Assembly (NCBI GenBank): GCA_051362555.1
Contig: CM120640.1
Span: 15,314,001-15,378,000, forward strand
Source: Lingula anatina
Lineage: Eukaryota; Animalia; Brachiopoda
Direction: 5' to 3'
DNA: 64,000 bases
This document shows positions 11,375-20,800 of the stretch, piece by piece. A model generated the notes under the pieces. That model was not told the DNA's origin. It saw nothing but the letters and a program-made list of their open reading frames with translations, and ran no database searches. The position numbers were made by a program, and so were the translations under genes. Position 1 is the stretch's first letter; each line of letters begins with the position of its first letter.

Positions 11375-13644
11375 TAAATCCGAAAGTGATAAACCTATCA
11401 AAGAAAAAATTGTCACAAACTGAAATAAGTATACTAGAGAAAGGATTAAAATTCACACCCACACCCAAAAACCCCAATCATGAAGAACTTAAACAGGATA
11501 TTTCAAATTTTTGCAGACGGCTACGCTTAGCGGAGTTTTATAAAGACAAAGAAAGTACTGATGAATCGATTGTCCGCAATAAAAGTTCTTTTACACCAAA
11601 CAGAGGAAGGAATGCAGCATTAGACTTATATATAAACCATATATCAAAATTCCCAACGGATCAGATAAAAACTCAACCTGTAAAAGGAAATTTTAATAAA
11701 GAACAATGGAAAACTCTCAATACACTCAGAAATGACAATGACATAATTATCAAAGAAGCAGACAAAGGCAGTGCTGTAGTGATTATGGATACCCACACTT
11801 ATGAAAAATTATGTCTGAATATCTTAGATGACGAATCATACTATGGACAAATTACGACATATCACCCCGAAACCACTATGCACAAGTTAAACAATCTTTT
11901 AACGCTACATGGGAAAGGCCTACTAGATAAGGAACGTGACTATCTCACAAATTTTGAATACAAAGTGAGCAATTTCTATGGACTCCCTAAAATACATAAA
12001 AGCGAATGCATCAATAAAGCATGCAAGACAACAAAGTCGACCTACGTAGAAGTCAATGATACGAGTGATTTAAAAATGCGTCCAATTATAGCTGGGCCAG
12101 CATGCGAAACTCACAGACTTAGCAATTTTCTAGACATTTTATTAAAACCCTTTACGAAAGAAGTGAAAAGCTACATAAGGGACACGGTGGACTTCCTTAA
12201 CAACTTGCCAAAAAATATCAATGAAAATTCGATTCTAGTTTCCTTCGATATTACCAACATGTACTCAAACATCCCTCACGACCTGGGCATTGAGGCAATC
12301 AGCTATTGGATAGAAAGATACCCGTCACATATTCCAAAACGTATCCAAAATACCCTCATTATAGAAGGACTTAAGTTCATCTTGACAAACAATTCTTTCC
12401 ACTTCAACGGCAAACATTACCGCCAAAAAATAGGAACTGCAATGGGTACAAAAGTAGCCCCCACTTACACTACACTTGTCTTAGGATACATCGAAAAAGG
12501 CCTTTACAAAAGATGCGAAGAACGGTTTGGAGTCGAATTTAGGAATCAATTAGAAAACACATGGAAACGTTTCCTTGATGACTGTTTTATAATTTGGGAC
12601 AAAACAGAAAATGAATTGGAAGATTTCAACCTGATCCTCAACAACCTACATCCCTCTTTACATTTTACGATGGATTCAAGTTCAACACAACTCCCATTCC
12701 TCGATGTTATGGTAATGAGTGTAAAAGGAAAAATTGAGACAGATGTGTATTACAAAACAACAGACACAAAACAATATCTCCCTTTTAACTCGTGTCATCC
12801 CAGGCACATTAAGCACAACATACCATACAATCTAGCTCGAAGACTATGCACAATTGTCTCAAATGAAACCACATTAAAACAAAGGCTCAAAGAGCTGGAA
12901 GGATTCCTATTAAGGAGACAATACCCAAGACAACTGATACAAACTGGGATTAAAAAGGCAAAACAGATACCGAAGAACGACCTGAGGACCACCAAAGACA
13001 AAATTAAAATTAAAAAGGAAGCCATACCGTACATATCAACATATAATCCAAAAAATCCGGAAATACATAAGGTCATAACTGGAAACTTACCTTTGGTAAA
13101 ACAAGATGACAAAATGAATGAGATACTAACCGAAATGCAGATTATAAAGAGTAAGAGACAAAGTCCATCACTAAAGCAAATTTTAACAAAAGCAAAATTT
13201 GAAAACAATTCCAGGACATATGTGGAAACCTCAACAATACGAGTACAGAAATGTGAGGTACCCAGGTGTGGCACCTGTCCACTAATTAAAGAGGGGAGCC
13301 ATATAACATTTAAAAATGGACTTACATTCAGAATCAAACACCCATTCACCTGCACCAGCTCAAATTTAATCTATGTATTAACTTGCAGTGGATGCGGTGA
13401 GAACTATATAGGACAAACTGGAGACACTCTCCGACATAGAATGACCGTTCACAGACAACAAATAAGACAACCTAAATATCAGTGCACGTCTGTGAGTGGG
13501 CACATTAGGGAATGCTCTATGAACAAAAACAAGGATTTTACGGTATTCCCATTTTATAAATTCACCAGGGAAACAACCCAAACAGAAAGGGAAATAAAAG
13601 AAAATCTATTCATTAATAAGTATAAACCTACATTGAATAGATAA
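11227..13644 (+). CDS. Penelope-type reverse transcriptase with C-terminal GIY-YIG endonuclease
   Basis: Uninterrupted frame from 11227 (the ORF-track start at 11386 is a GTG). Motifs: VINLS, ADKGSAVVIM, FYGLPKIHK, RPII, LVSFDITNMYSNIP, GTAMGTKVAPTY, WKRFLDDCF, LPFLDV, linker CEVPRCGTC, NLIYVLTCSGCGENYIGQT...RMTVH...H...E...LN. Confidence 0.96.
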   Translation, partial: SNFLYTISPQHEQRKPTNPINSETKPTKRPFFREWSRETSQEKTLDSTIINPKVINLSKKKLSQTEISILEKGLKFTPTPKNPNHEELKQDISNFCRRLRLAEFYKDKESTDESIVRNKSSFTPNRGRNAALDLYINHISKFPTDQIKTQPVKGNFNKEQWKTLNTLRNDNDIIIKEADKGSAVVIMDTHTYEKLCLNILDDESYYGQITTYHPETTMHKLNNLLTLHGKGLLDKERDYLTNFEYKVSNFYGLPKIHKSECINKACKTTKSTYVEVNDTSDLKMRPIIAGPACETHRLSNFLDILLKPFTKEVKSYIRDTVDFLNNLPKNINENSILVSFDITNMYSNIPHDLGIEAISYWIERYPSHIPKRIQNTLIIEGLKFILTNNSFHFNGKHYRQKIGTAMGTKVAPTYTTLVLGYIEKGLYKRCEERFGVEFRNQLENTWKRFLDDCFIIWDKTENELEDFNLILNNLHPSLHFTMDSSSTQLPFLDVMVMSVKGKIETDVYYKTTDTKQYLPFNSCHPRHIKHNIPYNLARRLCTIVSNETTLKQRLKELEGFLLRRQYPRQLIQTGIKKAKQIPKNDLRTTKDKIKIKKEAIPYISTYNPKNPEIHKVITGNLPLVKQDDKMNEILTEMQIIKSKRQSPSLKQILTKAKFENNSRTYVETSTIRVQKCEVPRCGTCPLIKEGSHITFKNGLTFRIKHPFTCTSSNLIYVLTCSGCGENYIGQTGDTLRHRMTVHRQQIRQPKYQCTSVSGHIRECSMNKNKDFTVFPFYKFTRETTQTEREIKENLFINKYKPTLNR

Positions 13645-13734
13645 AAGCATTGGTAAAAGTAACAATTAAACACTCATTGTTAAAGACGTCACATTTAAGC
13701 CTTTATGACATCACCTAGTAACAAATAAACAAAA

Positions 13735-13765
13735 CCCCCTGAAGAAAGAAAGAAACCGGTCGGGG
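13735..13765 (+). ncRNA. Minimal type I hammerhead ribozyme in the 3' pseudo-LTR
   Basis: CCCC-CTGAAGA-AAGAAA-GAAA-CCGG-TC-GGGG: stem I CCCC/GGGG, CUGANGA and GAAA cores, palindromic ACCGGT stem III, GUC cleavage triplet; stem II is essentially absent. Confidence 0.75.
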
Positions 13766-13834
13766 CAAGAAAGTTGCTGTTCTTCTTTTTCTTTTATTAT
13801 ATATAATATTACTCGTACAGGAAAAACGTTTTCA

Positions 13835-13841
<7 letters not shown>

Positions 13842-13896
<55 letters not shown>
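13842..13896. repeat. (TA)n microsatellite
   Basis: Pure TA run; others at ~10460-10500, 14138-14188 and 15056-15096. Confidence 0.95.
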
Positions 13897-13900
<4 letters not shown>

Positions 13901-14135
13901 GAGAATATAGTTGATAGACTATGGAAAAATGCTCTACCCATGGTGACAGATGTGTGATGTAGCACTAACGTCACGTGTACATTTTGTACGACGTTTCACT
14001 TTGACCGTTTGTAATCAGAATCTTTTTTTTTTGTATTTTGATCTGTTTGCGCCCCTGACGAGGCCTCCGGGCCAAAACAGCTGTAGGGACTTATGTAAAT
14101 TATATTGGAGAGAACAGATTAACTTTGTTTTTTGT

Positions 14136-14138
<3 letters not shown>
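13897..14138 (+). mobile_element. Short (TA)n-flanked insertion, probably a solo pseudo-LTR or retrozyme-like fragment of a different Penelope family
   Basis: About 240 bp between two (TA)n tracts, unrelated to the neighbouring pLTR, absent from the paralogous CYP copy-1 flank, and carrying its own hammerhead-like motif. Confidence 0.65.
14052..14088 (+). ncRNA. Type I hammerhead-like motif with a core substitution (GAAA to AAAA)
   Basis: CCC-CTGACGA-GGCC-TCCG-GGCC-AAAA-CAGCTG-TA-GGG: stem I CCC/GGG, perfect stem II, palindromic CAGCTG stem III, GUA triplet. Confidence 0.7.
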
Positions 14139-14191
<53 letters not shown>

Positions 14192-15052
14192 CTGTATGAG
14201 TTTTCCAGGATTTCCAGGACAGAAATAATTTTATATAATATCTTTTTTATTTACATCAGATCATGTTCTCCGTTAACATCTAAATATATAAATATGAATA
14301 TAATAACAATAAAAATATTTTTTATATAAAACAGCTATGGATATTGGATGGAGTAACAGTTTGATACACCATGTTCAATTTTTTATTTATATATTTTGAT
14401 AATTGTGGAAACACTTGACTATATCTAACTATGGCACTCGATTAAATTGTTATTACCATGTTGGTAACTGCGATACATTACATTTGTAAAGTACAAGAAC
14501 TTGAAGTGTAAATATCAAGACAATACATGGTGGAGCTGAACACAAAAGAACCAAAAAGAACTGGCACCAAAGGAGCAATTGACTACAAATGTGAAAGTTT
14601 CTAAGCAGAGCTTAAGACAGATAACAATTTCTGACCATATATATTCCTTGGTTAAGCGGATTTTTTTTTAAATGCTTACATTTTATTTAAGACAATTTGC
14701 TTACTTTCTATTATATTAAGAAACAACTCATTAATCAGTACATTAAATAGTGTACACAATACAACATGTTCATCAGTTTTTCTTGGTGTTGGTGGGTCTC
14801 GGAGTTATGGCAGTTTACAGTATGTCCATTTTACAATTTCTTGCAATGACATATAACATTTACAAATATTTCAGTGCAATTTCACCTTTGGTCATATATG
14901 TGGCATTAAAACTTTGATTATCATGTAAGTACCAATAAACAATAACAGGACGGATTATGTGCAAACATAAACACATATAGAAATAGAACTCAATTTAAAA
15001 AATAATGGCATCATATACCTTTAAAAGTTATGGAATGAGACTTCAAACTTTG

Positions 15053-15099
<47 letters not shown>

Positions 15100-15455
15100 T
15101 AATCAAATCTTTAATGTGTACTTCAAAAGCCACTGTACATGATCTCAGAAACATTGTTGAGATTCTGTCATATGTGATACATATTTATAAGAATACCAAA
15201 AAATATATATACATAAATTTATATAATAAGTATAACTTGGGTTTTATGCCATCTGTAAAGAAGGTTAAATTCAAAACTAATACACCTCTTCATGTAGTCT
15301 GATCACTGTCAATTTGGAGATCCACCATATCATTACGAATCATTGATCCCCTGTATTTCTTAAGTAGCTCCAAAAACATGCAGTGAAAATGTGACGTGAT
15401 CAGATTAATATGATAAATATTTACATATGCACATACAAAGACAGCAAGTCCAGTT

Positions 15456-17846
15456 TTATACAGCATTATTGTTCTCCAAAATTAATTCTCTTTCTGTCTT
15501 CCCATCATCTTCACCAGAGTCCAGCCATCTAAAATAAAAGGTAAATAAACTGTTTAATTTAAAATTTAAACATCTTTAATAAAATTTTTCTAACAATGAT
15601 CAGTAAAAACAAATATACTGCGGTTAAGCGCCGCAAACAGCAATTTCAACACGTTTAAATTGAGAACTAAAATCAGGACTTCAAAATGTACCCTTGTATC
15701 CTTGGCCTCTAATATAGTCATCTAATACCTTATATAATCTGAGATATGATAATTATAACGTATAATATGTAACATGTTACATTAGCTAAGACCTAAAAAC
15801 CTGTATAGCGTGCATCAAGATTTAGAGAAAAAAACGGCTATGGGAGCATTTTTGAAAGAAAACTTCAATAACAAAATTTGTGTAAAATATCCCAAATGAA
15901 GGACATTGAAGACCAAAAGTATTATAATTATAAATGAAGTATTAAGATACTAGTCTAATGTGTGTAGCATATACCTGTTACATGGGAAAACACACTCCTG
16001 GCCATCCTCTCCCTCCTTGACGGTCACCTTTTCCAGGTACCAACCAGCCCCTGACCCCTCGCCATCATGACCTATGACCACTTTGGTCAGTTTACCGAGG
16101 CCGATTGCTTCCACATGGAAAGTATCCACCTGGAAGAGAAATGGGTAATGACATAGAAGGTCCGAGTAGCTACAGCATTTAGTTGTGTTTTATCAACTTT
16201 GTTGGAAGGATTGTATGTGTGTATGCCATTTGATTTTAGTTTTCACCCCTTGAAGCCTCAGCATGCTTTGATACTGCAACTAAACCTGCAAACATAAACA
16301 TAGTGACAGCTTCAGTAAAAATAAGCATAATAATAATTACAATAACAATTATATAAAAATTCTCACCTTTCCACTCTCAAACATGCCATCTCCCTCAATG
16401 TTCTTTCGCAAATGTCTCTTTCCTGAGTCTCCCTTCTCCCCATACAAGACAACATGGACATTGGCATCTGTCCCAGCCCCAAAGTCACTGCTGGTGTGGG
16501 TCTGCAGTATGTACTTGGTAGCTGAAATGGGTAGATATTACAATGAAGAACTTGAATTCTGCCTATAAAATTGTTTATCTGCCATACACCCCTTTTCATC
16601 AGAAATTTGATTGGCATCTATCCGATTTGTTGATGATTATAAGCAGTTCAAGTAAATATGAAAACTATTATGAAAATAATTATAAGAAGACATCTCTGTT
16701 ATAACTTAATTAGTTTAGAAACAGAATTTTAAAAAATACACGAATTCCACAAAGAGTTCTTGTACAATTTACAGATATGGCAAGCAATTTACAAATGGCA
16801 CTGTCATAGCTAATTAGGCTCACCTGTGATTGGTTCCTCTCCAGGCCAATGAGCTGGCATCTCTCTCACAGTGTCCCCATCCTCCTCTAGGGCATCCAGC
16901 CACCTGTTCACTGGGAACTCCAACTGGGTCTCATCCAACACATTATCCAGTACAATCTGTAAGGAAATAATGTCTTATCTAACTCATTCTCCAACACCAA
17001 AGAAAAAATTACAAAATGGTTTCCTGTTATGCAGTTAGAGATATGCAAGTATATTGTATTAATCCTAAGCAACCATAATGAAGTATACATATAATACTGG
17101 TTGTGCATTAAATATGTGTTGAGAAACACAGTGCTAATACTATTGCTTTATCTTACACAGATTTACTGTAATATGAAAAATCTGAAATTTAAATGGATTC
17201 ATAATGAACAGCAATGTAAAATCAACAGAAATGCTGAGTAAAAGTGAATGGCTTTATCTTTATCAATTTACAGTAATACTAGATCTTCAAGTTCCCAAGG
17301 GTCTCATACCTTTCCAACGTGCCACCCTGGTGCTGAACTGCTGTTGTCATGCTCCAGCCGCAACTTGGTGATTTTACCAACCTTCTCAGGGTCAACAAAT
17401 ATCTGAATATAGAGTAACAATTCATAATGACCTCCATTGAAGAGTGCACGGTTTTTTAAAATAAAAGGCAAGATTACATGAACAGTTTAAATTAAATTAA
17501 ATAAGAAAAATAAAAGGAGTTGACCCACCTTAAATTCATCCACCTTTCCACTCTCAAAGTGTCCTAGGCCTGGCTGTCCCAGTGGCAGAGGACCCGTGTC
17601 ACCAGTCTCTCCAAATACAGTGACAGTCACCCGGGCATCAGTGCCACTGTTCTCTATAGGACTGGTGGTTATTGTCAGTTTCCAGTCACCAGCTTAAATG
17701 TAGGAAATATAGGAGTGGGGATTTATATGTATGTATGATACATTTAATTTTGACCTCTTTTAAAATCCAATGAATAAGTAAGATGTCAATTCATCATATA
17801 GCAATGAAATGTACTTTCACATCCACAATATTGTCAATGAATTATT

Positions 17847-17884
<38 letters not shown>

Positions 17885-20800
17885 ATGCGTGTGAATGTCC
17901 CTGTTAGAATGCATGGTGTCTTGTTTAATTAATTTATTTTTTGCAAGAGAACAGTGCACAAGTAGGGGTACCTTTTGCTGGGGGTTCTCCACCTTCATCA
18001 ATGACTTCTGTCAACATCAGCTCCCTCTCTGTCAGTCCATCATCTTCACCCTCCTCCAACCACCTGACAAAATGTACATTAAACTGTATTCACAAAGTAT
18101 GCAGAAATGGAAAAAAATCAGAAAATTTGAACCCAAGTCTTATAAAATCACTGTAACTGATCGTGGATATCAGACTTTGAAATATCCTTTATTCTTAACA
18201 CACACACATGTGCCAACATTAACCACAACAATAACTAACATCATGTTCATGAAATATTAAGCCCAGTTCATCAGAAATAAAAAAGCTTACCTATCACAGT
18301 TAAACAGATACTTTTTCTTGGCCTGAGGAGACTCTGTGATGATGATCTTATCCAGGTACCAGCCAGAGCCCAGTCCACTGCCATCATGACCCACCATGAC
18401 CTTGGTCAGGTCCTTCATGTCCACTGCCTCAATCTCAAACAGGTCCATCTAAAAGCATTAGAGAGAGTTCACTTAGATCTAAACCTGTCGATTTGCATCC
18501 AAATTTCATAAACAAATTGATCAAAAGGTCTTGTTTAATTTAACAACAAATCCACCTGCTTCTGTCTGTCTGTGCGTGTGTGTCTAACAGTCCATCTCTT
18601 AACACATACTATCTATTCACAAACTATCTATTCAGTTAAATGTGGTGAGTATCAAGTAACTTCTGAAACCCAGGGTATTCACATACCTGTCCTTGTTCAA
18701 ATTTATTTGAGTTATTTGTTGACTTCAGTAATTTCCTTTTCCCGGTGTCTCCCCTCTCTCCAAACACCTGGAGGTAGACATTGGCATTGGTCCCTGCTCC
18801 ACTCTTGTCTCCAGTGTACACTTCAACCTGGTACTTGTACACTACAAAGTGTGGAAAAACTACATGTAGTGGAAATATCATTTTCCACAAAATTTCATGG
18901 AAAAAGCTATGTTTTTGAAAAAAAATTGTCTGAAGTAGTTTCACCTTATTTAATAAGTGTGTAAATGTTTGGTAAATTAAGTTTTTTGTTGTCTTACGTG
19001 TAATGATGATAAAAAGAAAATGGTTTTTAAAGAAACCATGTTGTGTTTTTCTATGAGGAATGATGTTTTGTTCCTTCATCAAAGAGCCTTGACCACATGA
19101 CTAACTCATCTACATGTGAATGTTGTTTATAAGGATAACCTTTTCTAAATAATAACCTTATCAAATCCTTTTTTAATAAAATTCACAAATATTTAGAGAT
19201 TCAAATCCAAAAATAACACAAAAGTAACTAACCACTGAAAACTTTTTCTTCTTCTTCCGTTCTGAGTGCAATTTCTCTCCAGCTGTCCTGTTCACTGTTG
19301 GCCCAGATCCAGCCATTCAACTCAAATATGTACTCTTTGGACGTGGTGGCATTAATGAATTTTACCTGGCAAATAAATCAAGAAGTTAGTCAGATAGTTA
19401 GCTAGTTGGTTAATCCTGTTCTTGTTGTGTTGCACAGAAGGCTGTCACCAGACTTCCAGTGCTGTCTGTCTTGGGACTACTGTTGTACTTGTCCCCATGT
19501 CAATCCTGCCTCCTTCATTTACTTCTCTATGAATCATCTCCAGGTTTTTCTTCTCTATACTAGAGGCCCCATAAGTTATAATATTATTTCCGTAAAAAAT
19601 TCTCACCCACAGAAAAGAAAAGTGTAAAGAATTAGCCAGAGATATATCTGTGAATATCTAGAGAAAATCAATCTGTAACCCTACTAGAGAGTAAGATTTT
19701 CCTGTTACGGGGCCTTACGCAAAAGGTGACTAAGATGATCTAAATTTACTGGTATAGAGTTGAGTACATCTGAAAGGGCCATTCTAACTTAGCCAAAAAA
19801 GGGCATATCCTAAGACATGTTTCACGCTCATATAATATTACACAATGTTAATCCATAGAGTGTTATACTCTGTCTGGTATATGTGTAACACTTCCATTTG
19901 CTTTTGTTAAATTACTTCAAATTAGAAATCAGTTCATGTCAAAGGAAACTTACCATCTTCATAAACCACTGAGGATCTCCACTGGGGTCTTCAAAGCCAA
20001 CTCGTAACTTGTAAATGTCTCCCAAGTCATCATCTACTTCCAGCTAAAACCCACATGTCATAAACAACTATTAACAATAGTTTATAATGTACCAATTTTC
20101 TTCACCAATAACTATTTTAAAGAAAATGAAAAATAACATTTCCTTTCTTCAGACTGAAATACAATTGGTAATAAAAATATCTAAAAGATCTGCACTGAAA
20201 CTAAATGCAACAATCCCATACAGTGTTTACATCTATGTGATAAATGTATATGCAAGCCACCAGAGTATCTTACCTCAAACTCATCAGGTGTCCCTTCAGT
20301 GATAGTGAACCCTCCTTCCTTCTGAACATGAAGCACCTTCGAGTGCCCCTTGTCTCCATATAGGACCATGGCGACCTGGGCCTCGGTGGTGTTCTCCTCA
20401 TCTGGGCCGGTAAAGGTCAGTGCTGTCCACTTGCTGGCTTGAGCTGCCAACTGTAACTCTCTCTCTATCAGGCCATCATCTTCTCCTTCATCTAGCCATC
20501 TAAGAGTTGAAAGGGAAATATTTTAATCTTTAGTATAAAAAATTGAAGGGATGATGTTTCAAATGTTTGTCAAAATCTTTTTCGGAGAGGTAAACCTTTC
20601 ATTTTTGTATCTATTAGGTTGAATAGCAATTGACCAACATCTACTAGCTTTATTTTGTATTCATTTTGTTCAGACATGTTATGTATTATTTCACTTGCAA
20701 TGGGGATAACTTAATATTCATATGCGGCTTTTGCTTGGTAATTTACCTATCACATTCAAAAGTGTATTCATGATCCTGTGGATCTTTGATGACCACTTTA

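Larger units (their letters stand above)
10496..13841 (+). mobile_element. Penelope-like retroelement (EN+, Neptune/Nematis-type) with inverted 5' pseudo-LTR, flanked by (TA)n
   Basis: Contains the RT-GIY-YIG ORF. 10496-10873 is the reverse complement of 13428-13805. The whole block is absent from the paralogous site after CYP copy 1 (~2200-2230). Confidence 0.95.

Noticed and set aside
11386-13644. Naiad/Chlamys-type or selenoprotein-coding PLE
   Set aside because: The endonuclease is C-terminal, there is no in-frame TGA and hammerheads are present, which fits the Neptune/Nematis type.
13711-14329. ORFs with YIYIYI runs (also 34761-35191 and 51598-51885)
   Set aside because: Translations of (TA)n microsatellites.
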